DNA of 63,594 nucleotides, the filler included, from Phoronis australis (lineage: Eukaryota > Animalia > Phoronida), in assembly GCA_002633005.1 (NCBI GenBank). It is 6 parts of 6 records of this genome, joined end to end, with 100 filler letters (N's around TTAATTAATTAA, not from the genome) between each part and the next. Parts side by side here need not be neighbours in the genome. Positions count along the whole stretch, not along the records: positions 48,197 to 54,462 come from NMRA01002188.1; positions 54,563 to 57,853 come from NMRA01003104.1; positions 57,954 to 60,390 come from NMRA01003669.1; positions 60,491 to 63,594 come from NMRA01003221.1; 2 more parts are not named here. One strand, written 5' to 3'. Positions 49,801 to 63,232 of the stretch are shown one piece after another (position 1 is the stretch's first letter; every line of letters begins with the position of its first letter). A model generated the notes under the pieces. The model made no database searches. It had not been told where the DNA came from and saw only the letters and a program-made list of their open reading frames with translations. A program made the translations under genes and the position numbers.

Positions 49801-50169
49801 TTCAATGTACATATTGGAAATAACCTAGGGGGCGTTAGCCACGAGGGTGATAATTCTTCAAAATCCACGAGGGCTCTAGATAAAGGGGATAACGACTGAG
49901 AACATGTAATAATCTATTTATACCGCATACTGAGTGAGAAACATTACAATGAATCGATCTACCTTTCTCGACTGGCCTCGGCTTTGAAACTACTTTTTAT
50001 GTCAGAGGCCCGGGATCGGAGGTGTTAACCTTTTAAGAAAAGCCTAGCTATGTTTTTCAAATAATGATTTTACTCATAACCAATTGAAAATTTAAACAAA
50101 ATGGAAATAAAATGAATCTGTAAATTAAGGTTTAGCTACTATTATAGCTTACTACACATTTTATCACGC

Positions 50170-50625
50170 TAAGCTTCGACCGGGAAAATATCGTCTGCTA
50201 AAGTAGTTTACAAATAGTAACTGAGTATAATGCTCAAGTTAAAGGATCCCGACGACACGATACCCGCATTCAAATTGGTGATTTACAAGTGAGAGAACAC
50301 GAAAATCACTGAATTATGATATCCTTTTTATGAAAACTATGCGTCTTATTTTCATAGCGTATCAATGTCGGTACAATGTCCTTTGCTGAGCGTGCTCATT
50401 TAAGCATTCGACCGGGAAATTATCGTCTGCTAAAGTAGGTTACCACTGGTAACTGAATATAATTCTCAAGTCAAAGATCCTGACGACACGATACCCGCAT
50501 TCAAACTGGAGATCAGTGATTTACAAGTACGAGGACATGAGAGAAAAAATTCATCGAATTAAGATATCATTTTTATGGAAATTATGTGTCGTATTTTTCG
50601 TAGCGTATAAGTACAGTACAATGCG
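50170..50625. repeat. Tandem duplication, ~230-bp unit x2
   Basis: TTCGACCGGGAAA.TATCGTCTGCTAAAGTAG...GACGACACGATACCCGCATTCAAA at ~50175 and ~50407. Confidence 0.9.
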
Positions 50626-50694
50626 GTTTGTTGAACATGGGATTTTTGCGCGGGCATATTTAAGTATTTTATTCTCGCTGTTGATGACGCCAGT

Positions 50695-50768
50695 CGCTGC
50701 GTGGTGTAGTGGTAAAGTCGGCGGGTAGCAATTTCAGTGTCCCGGGTTCGACCCCGTCCTCGGTTTCC
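50695..50768 (+). pseudogene. tRNA-derived sequence (tRNA pseudogene or SINE head)
   Basis: A box TGGTGTAGTGG at 50702-50712 and B box GGTTCGACCCC at 50745-50755; acceptor and anticodon stems do not pair well. Confidence 0.6.
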
Positions 50769-51517
50769 CGCCAAATCGTTATCTCACGCGGTTGTGGTAT
50801 AAAAAGTTTTATCCCTATTCATTGCACCAAACGCCTTACTGAAGTCACTACATGCACAATAAAATGGTTCGGATTTACGTCTCAACATGCATTTTTGTAT
50901 CAAGCCGTTGAGAAGAAAAATGGTATCTCACGCAACAAATAACCCAGCAAACGCCAATGTTTAGTGACTTTTACGCAGGTCAATTCAACTGTGGTTGTGC
51001 CACCAATATTTTAATGTCTTACATGTGTTTCAGTTACCGTATTTTTGAATTGGCGGCAGCATAATGCCGCAGTTGTATGGAAACATTCATATTGTAGCAT
51101 ATTTATTTGTTTAAGTGAGATCTGCATTATCCTGTGACAATGCTGATAAGCACCACTGTTGACGGAACAGTCATGAGAATTTACAGAAGGCTGGATTCGA
51201 AGTCGGAAAAGCAAATACACTGTAATAGTATATCAAATAAAGACAACCCTAATGCAATTTCAGAACACAATTCAATTATTGTACGGCCAGTGAACCAACG
51301 CTTTTGTTGCACAGCAAAGAATCCTTAAAGGGACGTTTTTGGCTGGAAATTGTTTATTCTGATAATACGTGTGATATGTTTCCATTTCCGGGTATGATTC
51401 TAAAATTGTGATTTACTGCCTCTAAGATTAGCACCGATTCGGTCATAACGTTAATTTGTTGTTAACAAATTCCAGAACTTTCCACGTAATAAACATGATA
51501 TTAACTGCAATTCACAG

Positions 51518-51694
51518 GAGTAAATTGCGGTAAACCAGACACTGACCCCAACACCAGCGTTGAAACTACGTCGAACGTTTATAAAGGAACAGCCAGTTAC
51601 TCTTGCGTCACCGGATACATGCAATATGGTGGCAGTATAACACGTACATGCAATGCTAGTAAGAAATGGTCGGGAGAAGCACTTAAGTGCACAA
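51518..51694 (+). CDS. Sushi/CCP domain exon (phase 1-1, 177 bp)
   Basis: cacag/...VNCGKP...GTASYSCVTGY...TRTCNASKKWSGEALKCT/gtaagt; absent from the ORF track. Confidence 0.93.
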
Positions 51695-53163
51695 GTAAGT
51701 ATCTGAATAGAGACTGAAATGCTTTTTGTAAGGAAAGCTTTATGTAATTTTAAATTTGTGTTTTTAACAACTGGTCAGATTTCGACAGCTACATGTATAA
51801 TGCATTTTATCCCGGTATGTGAATTTCACATTTTATTTTGAATTTGCTTTTGCAATGTTGGTTCAAGAATGCTACTGCTCATATAACTTGGTCTTTTTAT
51901 TCTGATAAGTTGCAAATCATTTTTTCACCGTCATTGGAATATAATTCTGTTTCCCTTAATACTGTGTGCAGTTGTGTCTGGTAGTAAACAAGAGATTGTT
52001 TCCAAAGTTCGCGCTTTTTGAGGGAGGTTTTTCAGAAAAAAATACTCACATTTGAAGTTTTTCTGAAATTTCCGATAAAACGGCAGTTGGTATCAAACAA
52101 AATATATCAGATGAACTGAAACATTTTCACTAAAATCTTTTAAATCCATCATAGAAAAGATTTCCTATGGCAAAGCAAATTGTTCTGCATTTAGCTATCT
52201 TATTAACGTAAAGGGATAACCTTGGCAAAGTTTACCCAGGTTTACAATGTCGCCACTCGCACCGCCGTTCCTTCGGACTACCAATGCTGCAGACTAACCA
52301 GCATTGCCTGATAAAATTGCAAGCACAAATAAAAAACGATAATCCACATTCCGGTTTTAGCCCGAATAGACAAGGATTTGGATTGACTCGGACTTTCGTA
52401 CCTTTGGACAAATGGGGTCTCAGACTATAAACCTAGACGCGCATATTCGTGCTGAAGTTTTCACAGTTGATGTTGTATTGAAATGTTTCGAAAATTACTA
52501 CGTATTTTTTAAAATTCTCTCAAGTGCTATACTGTCCCGTAGAAACAATCCAAGACTTGCAATTTTTAAATGTCATGTGACTCCATTTCTCGTCACTACT
52601 TAACAACCAAGTCTCGTTAACATTGAAACAAATTTGCAGAAACGCACCCACGTACAACTCCATGTGTTCCCACCTTAACAAGAGCGGTTTTTTTACCACA
52701 CAAGTATCTGTTGTTTCGCTGAATAGATCAATCGATAAAATTCACTATATAGGTTTGCATCTAATATATGGATGTAAAACACGATTTGTCCGTGCACGTG
52801 AATAGTGTCTTTCAACCCAAGTCAGTACCTCAGCCCCTCAGCTCCCTAATCACACGAATTTATCCAATGTTGAAAATATACTACATGGAAATTTTGGAAT
52901 GTTTGAGTGATTTTGCCAAACATGCTCGATGTTTCTTCCAATGGGAGGGACGCTTTTTGATTGTTTTAGGAAAAGGGAAAATTGCTGATGATTTCAAAAA
53001 CTTCTGGTTGAATATCTCTACCAGTCTCCAAACCAAGGCAAATCAATCAACGACTCCCTGGTCATTTAACGTACTGAATAAATTTTATTAGAAGCATGTC
53101 TTAATTATGGCCGTTCTGTCTGATTTATCTAATTATACTACATACTACCATTGAAAATCATAG

Positions 53164-53340
53164 GGAAAAAATGCGGAAAGCCAGGCAACAACCCCAAAAG
53201 CACTGTTGAAGCTAGCTCGGATCTTTATGAAGGAACAGCCCAATACTTTTGCTACACTGGATATCAGCAATCTGGTGGTAACCGAATACGTTCCTGCGAT
53301 GCTGATGGTAACTGGACTGGAGTACCACTTGAATGTGCTA
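53164..53340 (+). CDS. Sushi/CCP domain exon (phase 1-1, 177 bp)
   Basis: catag/...KKCGKP...GTAQYFCYTGY...RSCDADGNWTGVPLECA/gtaagt. Confidence 0.93.
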
Positions 53341-53499
53341 GTAAGTCAATAATTTGAGACGTAATTTTTACTGTCGTATCGCCTTTGCCAGTCTTAGATG
53401 AACATTGATCTCCTAACAAGGCAAGCAGTTCCGACAAGATTATTTTGCTACAACTCTCGTTTCAGATCACGGAATTTAAATTATTCATGAGGATCAGAG

Positions 53500-54400
53500 T
53501 GGCTACATCCCCCGAAGGAACGTGACTGATAACATTCGTGTGCTGTTCTATTATTCCCAGAAGATTCAAATACCTGGGCTACTACTTCTTATAGATTTTG
53601 AAGAAGCCTTTAACTCTTTGTCTTGGAGTTTTATTGAAAAAGCTTTATCTTTTCTTAAATTTGGGTGGCCAATTAAGAGATGGGTCAAAGTTTTCTACAA
53701 AAATATCAAATCATGTGTCATTGTTAATGGTGAACCGGTTTAATATTCAGAGTGGTGTTAGACAAGGTGACACATTATCTCCTTATCTATTTATTATTCA
53801 TGCGGAAAATTTGGCTCTCGTGATCAGACAAAAATAGAAATGGAATCAAAATTGTGGATCGTGAGTACTTACTAACTCAATATGCTGATGATACTTCTAT
53901 TTTTCTAGGTGGATCAGAGATGTTTTTACGCACTGCTTTAAATGTTCTAAATATTTGTGCTCATTTCTCCAGCCTCAGGGTTATTGCAGGTAAAACAAAA
54001 GCCATTTGGTTTGGCTGTATGGCAAACAGTGCTGAAAATATTTCTGCCAGAGAACAGTTATCATGGACCACAACAAATTCCATGTTCTTGGGCATTAATA
54101 TCCAAATCAGCTTACTTTATAAGGCAGACCAGAATTACTTGGAAAAAATTGAAGAATAGTGAATTAATTTTGAAAAATTGGTCCAAGAGAATGTTGACGC
54201 CTTTCAGGAGGATTACAGTAATCAAGGCGCTTCTTCTGATATCCTTGCCGCAGCCTTCGAAACACGTTGTAGAACAACAGTACTTAAAATAATTTTTCAA
54301 TTCCTATGGCAAGGTCGCAGTGACAAAAATAAGCTCTCCCGAGATGTTTGTAATTATAATGAAGGAGGCTTTAAAAATTAACATGTTAACAAAATTTGTA
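53500..54400 (+). mobile_element. L1/Tx1-type LINE reverse transcriptase fragment
   Basis: LLLIDFEEAFNSLSW, GVRQGDTLSPYLF, QYADDT, WSKRMLT; frameshifted. Confidence 0.9.
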
Positions 54401-56603
54401 AATGGTCATTTTAAGACTGCCTGTTTGTTTCATTTGATTTTTCCTGAGTTAAAATTTTACCANNNNNNNNNNNNNNNNNNNNNNNNNNNNNNNNNNNNNN
54501 NNNNNNTTAATTAATTAANNNNNNNNNNNNNNNNNNNNNNNNNNNNNNNNNNNNNNNNNNNNGACCCAATCTCGTAAAATCTATTCTGATTGGTTTACCG
54601 GTACAGTAAAATCTCACCAATTTAGGACACAATATGGCCAACAAGTGAAATTTATTATGTTTTCGTTTTTTTAATAAAAGAGAAGTAGCATCAAATAGAT
54701 GCTATACCATTGTAAATAGCTATGCCATAGCTACCTTCAGACAATATTTTCAGAAATTGTGGACCATCAAAACAATATTAGAAGCGTTCGAAAAATGAAA
54801 AAAGACCATTTTGACAATAATTTTTGTATGAAATTGGCGAGACTTTACCGTAAGTACGTTTTTGTATTGCCAAAGCTGTGCGTAATTCTATTGCCGTAAT
54901 ACACAAAATGCGTAAATAATCCCCAAAATATAAGATTTAATCTATTCCCTTAACTTTCCGATCAATAGTATTGTTAATGAAAAATGAGCCAACAGATTAA
55001 TATTCAACCTTACATACAAGTCAATCGGCTTTATATTGACCTTTGGAGTTTGACTGAACCTCAGCTACAAATGAACAGTTTGAAGGGAAAGGGAAAACAG
55101 CTTGCCAATCAGGGTGAAGGGTGATGACAATAAAGAAATATCGCAATTATTCCGTCTCTTTCCGAAGCATCAATAAAACCTACTTTTATCATAGGAAGTC
55201 CACAAGGATGTTAGAAACATCTCTATAATAATTTGTTCAACAGCAGGAAAGGAATAGGTAACTAACCGATGCAATAAAGTCCAATGACTATCGATCTGCC
55301 ATCTATTGGCAAAAGCAGATACTAACTGGAACTCCATGTTTTCTTCAATGCCATTGTGACATAAATACTATTACGACATGGATTAATCTCCATTTCAAGT
55401 TATGCCTAACCTGCAGATCATTCTGGACAAGAAATTCTACACAATATCAGTTTTCAATACATCAAGAATGATAGGCGTACATTTGTTTGGATTTTATCAA
55501 CTACTGTAGACTAAATGGTAGACAGGATCAATATATGACTATTTGAAACAACAGTCCTGTTTGGGTGGTGGCCAATATCCGTGTAAATAATTAATCTGGC
55601 GTCTAAATCAAATCAATACAACTGACACCCAGGAAAATGTGAACAGTGACCTTAATTTCCAACCAATTGTGTTTTTACGGGGCTCTCTAAGCTTGAACCA
55701 CATTTCAATTAGTATTTAATACCTCGTTTACACTACAAACTTTATTTCAGTTTAAGCCCTCTTTGTGGCTCAAGTCAGTTTGAGGAGTGTGAGTAAACGT
55801 ACTGGATTAGTTGTAATCAGCTCAAGCTCAATTCGCTTCAGGAGGTGGTATCTAGCATGCGCGCACCCAGGGGGATCAGGAGACTTAAAACGAGCCCCCT
55901 CCCCCCATTTGGCGAAGTGGGCAAAAAAGTCCACCTCAGAGAACAAAAACTCTGAAAAAAGTAGAAAACGAAACAAAAGTTCACTAAAAAGGCAGGAACT
56001 ACCAAAATTCAACGAATGCACAATTCATAGCTCTGAACGTACCCCGCCAATATTAGTAAACGGTCCACATTCTCAAAAATTCAAGCCCCCACATTTTTAG
56101 GCTGAGCGCGCACATATCTAGCCGAATTAAGTCTTAGCTGATAGGTATAACATAAGTTTGAATGGTCAATCGAATTGTATCGACTCAGATGGGTGAAGTG
56201 ACGGATACTTACACCTGTGCAAATATTGGTTTCTGAAACTTTTTTGAGCACGATTTCTCTCACTGACAACACATTTTCTCCATTCCAAAACTAGTAAGGC
56301 AACAAAACCGAAACGGGAATTGGAAAGATGGGGAGATAACGATGTTGCTTGAGGTCTGGAGGGACGTCAGTCTCTCCTATAAGGGTGGCAGGATTCCTCC
56401 GCAGAAAATAGAAATCTTTCGATTTAGATATTAACTCTGGCTGATAGCTTAAGTTAAAATACCGGATGTATATTTTAAAAGATCAAAATAAGCTCCCGTG
56501 GCTAGTAGCAGAGTGGGGGTTTACCCTGATATACCATGGGACTTAAGCATGCCGCGAGTATCCAGCTTTGTATTCCCATAAGGCTGTATCGACTTAATCT
56601 TAA

Positions 56604-57670
56604 CCCTTTCAACACCGCAGACCGCCTAAGCGGTCACTGAAACTTACGTCCATTCAACACCGTAGACCGCTTTATCAGTCTCACGACATGCCGAACTTCA
56701 AGCAACAGCATATTTGATAGGTTGATTAGGGGAATTCTTTCGTGTACGTCAAAAATTTAAATCTAGACTGACCTTCGTTTCTAACAGCTTTTCTGATGCG
56801 TTGCTGAGATGTAACGCGTGTTATTGAAGGGTTTTCCAAGAATTTAGATCGATGACTCACGAAAACAAAATGTCGGCCGTCGACGATTCAGACGTAGACT
56901 TTTCAAATGACGAAATTGGCAATAATTTGTATGCTTTCAACTTAATTAATAAACAAGATAACCCAAAAAGGAATTCTTATGTATCTGGCCAGAGTTTGTT
57001 GACTATTGCGACAAAGAAGTTCAATTTCATGGCTTTGAACAAGTCGCGAATTTCGCAATTGGGTCGAACAAAGGCCGTTGAACTCCGACAACTTCGCAAA
57101 TTTTCTGAACATGTGGAGTCTACTAGAGTGTACGATGGTTTGATAAGCAAGTTGAGTACTTTCAAAATTTCTATATTGATGAAATATTTGGTGAAATTGT
57201 CAGGGAAATTAATTTGAACGCCAAAACGAAGCGCGAGTCACAATCGAGAATGGACAAATTTGAATCGTTGAACTTAACGATCACCGAATTTAAGTCACTT
57301 TATGGCCTTCACATGTTAATAGAAGATGTGAAATATGATCGAAAATGTATCTCAAGAAATGTTAGACACTGTTACTCATAAGTTATTTTGATTCTTTAAA
57401 CGATACATTGAATTGGCAAATTGGCAAGCAAACACCGGTGTTTCAGGTGTTACTTACCTGCATCACCTGAGAGAGTGAGACTTAATTTTGGTGAAATTGT
57501 AGATAAAGTTCATTCTGTTCTCTACATTTTGGTGTGTCACACTTTGAAATTCAATGATAAATGGATTGTCTATGGAATTTTGAAAACAAGCACCTCAGTT
57601 CAGCCCATGTGTGCAAAATTACTTGGGGTTCAGGGACACAATGGCCGACAGTTACTTGGAGGTGAAAGGT
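56604..57670 (+). mobile_element. Degraded piggyBac-like element
   Basis: TTAA then CCCTTTCA at the start; degenerate TGAAAGG-TAA at the end; acidic DDSDVDFS N-terminus and LTITEFKSLYGLHMLI fragment (~57270-57320). Confidence 0.6.
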
Positions 57671-59508
57671 AAGTCGATCTTGAGTTGCAATGTAAACTGG
57701 GTATAAAACCGCATACATGTGAAAACAAATGCACTCAAGATTAACAACCAGCTGTTATCAAACCATACCTCCACGTCACTTCTAAGTAAAAGTAAAACAA
57801 CATACTTAGCTGCGATGCCCGACGGCTGTATCTCCTGTACGAAAATGCCCAGCNNNNNNNNNNNNNNNNNNNNNNNNNNNNNNNNNNNNNNNNNNNNTTA
57901 ATTAATTAANNNNNNNNNNNNNNNNNNNNNNNNNNNNNNNNNNNNNNNNNNNNACATTTTCTTAACATCACTATTAGCACTAACGACTCACTTTAGCCCA
58001 CAGCACATGAGCGAGCGAAACTTGACGTCCATCTGGGCATGAGCAGCGTTGTGACTCACATTCACCGACTGAACCGCCTGAAAGAAACAACCAACCACGT
58101 CAATGACTTGATACTACTATTGCCAACTGGTTGTTTCCCAAGTCCAAAACAGTCAATGGTACATTCCGAAGACCCGATACACTCGCAAAGCACTTACGAC
58201 AAGAAATGTTTGCTTTTGGAGTGAAAACATTGAATTGTATCACATAACCCAACAGTCCAACCTTACCAACCAATCACTACAGAGGTCGCCACTTTGCCAG
58301 GGTATGCTACTAAGCTCCCGAGCATATTTGCGAAACACCTGCTTTTCACTCGCATGATATTGCATGGTCTTGCATTTATGCAAGTTTCTTGCATCTGAAG
58401 AGCACACCCCTGGTCTCAACAAACAACTAGAGACACCTTCAAACAAGTGTGCACTGTTACACTATTATGAACTACAAATCTGGAGACATTGAAAACAGTT
58501 ATGATGGCCAAAAGAAGCACAAAACTTCTCTGTTGTTAAACAATGCCTCATTTAAAAAACAAGGCATCTAAAACCCAATCTGATATAACATACCCTGTAC
58601 AGAATTTCCTCAGGAGTCAACACTTTCCCATCTTCATCAAGCCTAAAATATTAAGTCAAGAAAACATGAGGGAAAAAAAGAGAGCCTAAAAAGGAACTGA
58701 GAGTATTAATGATGGGAAACTGGCAATTACTATAAATTAACATTGATGGCATTCCTTTTAGACATTTCACAATTGTGGTCAAGAATAATTAGAGACAACC
58801 ACACTGGTTCTATTGCAAATTTAATGTTTTGTGATCACAAAGGAACAAAATCAAGAGTTATCTGGATCTAAATTTATCTTGAACAAAGCCTGTTACAACC
58901 CCTTTAGCTCTGGTCATGAGACGAAATGGTTGTCATGCAAACTCAGACTTCATGGACTATGAACTAGGCATGCTCTTAACAGTGATATGATTTTACCCAC
59001 TCACACTGTTTGGGCTATTGTCCTGATAATGAGAACCTTGTTTCATTAAGAAACTATCGTGTACAAGACAGAGTGTGAAATCGCATGTCATCTACCAAAC
59101 AAACACCTGTGATTTGCTCAGAAAATTTGACCGACCCGAGTGGGCGTGCCGGCTACCTGGGACGATCTATTATGATCAAATAGCTTTGTGTGAAACTCGA
59201 CATAACACTGGTTGATGTCAGGTGTCATTATCTCATTTACCTATAGGTCTTGCACAGCACCAATCTTGAATACACTGACTGGAAGTCCTTCTCTACTTCT
59301 TTGATGGCAGCCTGAGTAGAGAGAGAATCAATTATCGTCCTCGGCACATCAAAGTAGTCAACCTCCAAATTAAGCCATAAGCTCAATAAACAGTCACAAT
59401 AGTCAATGTCTAACTGAGGAACTCGAAATTCACGAGGTGTCACAAGTGAAGCAAGGGACCTTACCATAGAAATGTCAGCATTCGGGCAAGTCATGTGGGT
59501 CCCTTATC

Positions 59509-60082
59509 CAGGGCTTGGAATGACCAATGACAAAAAACGCGGAAACTTTTACGGCCCAAATCATGCCCGATAACCAGCCTTTGAAATGGTCAATGTGAAC
59601 CTTTCCGCGACAAAAATCGGGAGGACTAAAAAAGAAAGCGCGCTACCCAGCCTTGAAATGGTTGATGTGAACCTTTCCCCGACAAAAATCGGGAGGACTA
59701 AAAAAGAAAAAACGTTACCACCATCACTAGCATGCATCTGCGTCCTTTTAGCTCTTCTTTCCACTCCCAAGCCACACATTTTTGGCAGCTGGGGCGTAGT
59801 ATTTGTCGCCGCGGTTTACAATTACACGAGACGCCATTGAAAATCCCACCACGCTTACCCAGATGCCCCGGCAATGTTGACAATTTACGTTCCTCCGAAA
59901 CATAAAGAGCAACTTCTGCTTTTCGAGGTGAACGTCGTCTGCAACGCCGCGGTAAGAAAGGAATTTGCCGCGGAAATGTAATATCAAATCCGATTTTTTT
60001 ACGCGGAAATATAATAAAATGCGCGGACAGAACATTTGAAAAAAGCGGAAATCCACGTTTCCGCGGAAAATTCCAAGCCCTG
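59509..60082. mobile_element. hAT-like MITE
   Basis: 13-bp perfect TIR CAGGGCTTGGAAT; repeated GCGGAAA motifs and an internal ~73-bp duplication; no TSD. Confidence 0.75.
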
Positions 60083-61519
60083 AATAAATCAGTGGATGGG
60101 CGCTAAACTTCGGGGTAGAATTAAACAACCCAGTATCAACAATTTTTGTTTTTAATTACATAATTAAAGTTCTCTTGCAGCCTGTTCACTTTATTTCAAA
60201 AATTAAGGCTGGTCCTCAGATTACAGTGGAAAACTAGTGACCAAAACTAAGTTGCAAGATTACCCAGCGACAGGAAAACACTTTGCATAATTGACCTTAT
60301 GAAACGTTGGTCTGCTAACACAGTTCTACAGCATTGTGGGTAAATAGCGCCATCTTTTTCAGAGAAATCCATAATGTGCATGTTGCAGGCNNNNNNNNNN
60401 NNNNNNNNNNNNNNNNNNNNNNNNNNNNNNNNNNTTAATTAATTAANNNNNNNNNNNNNNNNNNNNNNNNNNNNNNNNNNNNNNNNNNNNAGGAAGGGAG
60501 CTTCCATTTGCACATGTCACCATTTTCGAAGTCACATGACACATCGGCTGAGGAAATTGCATGTAGATGTAACTATTTTCACGACTAAATTTTTTGTTTG
60601 AAGGCTTGATACAGAGTTGCTTGTAGTGTCGAAACAATCTCCTTTCTTCAGGTGAGCAGCTACATGTACGACACTACGAGTCACTCTGTATCAAGGTTCA
60701 AACAAAAAGTCTAGTCGTGTTTTCAACGAAGTTTGTGTTAACGAAGGGCTGCTACCAATCTACACAGAACTCAGTAATATTAAACATTTTGAAGACTAAG
60801 AACATGCCACAGAAATAATACACGAAACAGAATTCAGATATAAATAGGACTTGCGGGAAGTTCACAGTACACGTGCGGCCCTTTGGATTCCACAGAGTGA
60901 TAAAACTCGCTCAATTTGTAACCTGTGACACTAGCTTTTGTCCACGGCTAGCGCCAATTAGTATTGGTTACTAAAGCTAAAATATCGATATACCGATAAT
61001 TACTTCGTGTTCTGTCGATGTCGCTTTCTATAATTTACTTGTTTGGATTTTATCACTCAAATATGAAATCTGCTTCACTATCGGTAAGGAGTCCGATGGA
61101 ACACGAATTCTTAACTTTCAATAACCTCACGATACCTCTAATTCAACGCGCTGAATGTAGTTCTTAAACCATTATCTTTTTGTTCTTAATCAACGCGCGT
61201 GAGCCAGATTCTTGTCAGTTTGGCAAGGTCACGCAAACATTCGAAAGATAACAATATGCATCACGAGCGAGGCAGGTGATCTCACTGTCTTTCAATCGTG
61301 ATCATTGAGTATTACGGAATAGTACCATGTGTACCAGCCGAAAGGAACAAACTTTTGATTTGGATCTCGTTGGTCTCAAATTGTACCTGAGTAGCCTACG
61401 GAAGAACTGATACTCTACCTTTGTTTGAAAACATGATACTCAAAGCATAAAATGACCCGCCGTGACAAAATAGCTTATCAAGCTTTATCTCTAGAAAAGG
61501 TGCCAGACATAGTCCTTAC

Positions 61520-63232
61520 TTAGTGAAGACGGGTTGGTCAATGGTGTTGTTGGTGGTCTAGAGCTTGATACCGATCCACAAGAGCCAAGCAACATAGAAA
61601 CTTCATCGAATACAATACCCGACTGATAACTGGCAGTGAAAGTGCCTTCGAATTTTATCTGAAAGACAATGATTTGAAAGGACGGTCTTAGCGGACGCAC
61701 GGAAATTCATTGATCAAACAAAGCATGTAAATCAGTGACAAACCACTGGCCCAAAGAAATTTACTCTGACTTTACGCAATTTGTAAGAAAGAATATACCC
61801 ACAAAACTAGAAAACGTACCCAAAGCTGCACGTTGCGGTGTCAAACTATATCAAGTGAATAATTGATTTCATTGAATCAATTTTGAGCCTACATGTAGGA
61901 TCATCTGTAAAGATTGAGAATACTTCGTGTTTCCATGAATTAAATAACAAAGTGTAGAACTGGTCAGCTACTACGTACACTTATCACAATAAAACCCATC
62001 GTGATTCACTGGAGCTCGATTTGAGGCAAATGCAGATGGACAATCAAAACATACTGGTATTTTACTAACCTTAAACTTCGACGGAGAGTTAATGGTGAAC
62101 TCTTCCGACTGCCAACTTGTGCTCTTCTCTCCAGCTGTCGACCACAGAACTTTCTTAACACCTGTTGCCGTCTCTGAGGTCACTTTCAGATTTCCTGGAT
62201 CACTGCCGAACATCACCCATTTGAACTTAAAGCAGTATGTGTTTCCTAAAGGAACGATATAGGCAAGGAAATGTCAGCGTTGTCAAAGCTGGGCTGGTGA
62301 AATCCGAATGCTTAAAAAAGGAGTTTATGAACATATAATATTATTTCACAAATACAATCGACATACTATATTTAATCATTGATTTAACACCGATTATGGT
62401 CTGAGAATAGTCCACGAATGTTATTTTTGGATCAAGAAGTCGCTTAATTCTTATTTATATGTCTTTGATGGAGCTCTTAATATCAATTTAAAATTGCGAA
62501 GAAGTGAGTTTTATCAACATTTGCACGGGTATGTGTTCCTAATAAGTGAACGCTATTATAACTTCCTTACCAGGAATAAATAGAGTAGACAAGACCGCAG
62601 TTGCTCCTGGTTTTGCTGGGCTTCCCCAGCCGTACACGTACGCTGTTCCGTCTTCATGCTTCCAAATGGAGAAAATAATTATTGAACTAAAATTGGACCA
62701 ACTCACCAACAGATATAAATTATAGGTACGGGCCTTGGGGTCACTAATATGACCGCTGAACTAGTTGATGTTGTACAAATATGCATGCTGAAGTTGTTCC
62801 ACTACCATGTGTACTGGCGCTTTGGGTAATAGTGTACATGTACGTCACCCCGGGTGCCGAACTTACCAATGTACTTCAAACTGGCCTGCAACTACACGAG
62901 ATGTCACGTCGTATGCCAACCTAACTAAACCATTGGTGGGATTATGACATTGTGTTAGGCAGATAAATCATGCAAACCGAACGTAATGTTTGGTAATCAA
63001 AGTTTGATTGTTATCTGCCAGGAGAAGATGGCGACCTCAAGACAACTGACTTTTTTGTTTCCCACTTGTAACAGAATATTACCTACATTAACTAGCAGAG
63101 ATGTTTTCTGAAGTACTAGCGTCTGTTAAGTTTTACAAGAACAAACCTTGTACTTGGTCCAGTCGCGATCGTCATCTTTATTTTGTTGCCAGTGGCAAAT
63201 TGATCTATCAAAGTTGCAGTTCACCAATTTGT
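61520..63232 (-). CDS. MAM-domain protein, internal exons 63232-63147, 62658-62571, 62245-62070, 61658-61520
   Basis: Phase-consistent splicing: NCNFDRSICHWQQNKDDDRDWTKYK/HEDGTAYVYGWGSPAKPGATAVLSTLFIP/GNTYCFKFKWVMFG...LWSTAG..STSWQ/IKFEG...IVFDEVSMLLGSC. Confidence 0.88.

Noticed and set aside
50695-50768. Functional tRNA gene
   Set aside because: A and B boxes are present but the cloverleaf stems do not close.
59140-59180. YLDD-like RT motif of a DIRS element
   Set aside because: Needs a frameshift and has no other RT motifs nearby.
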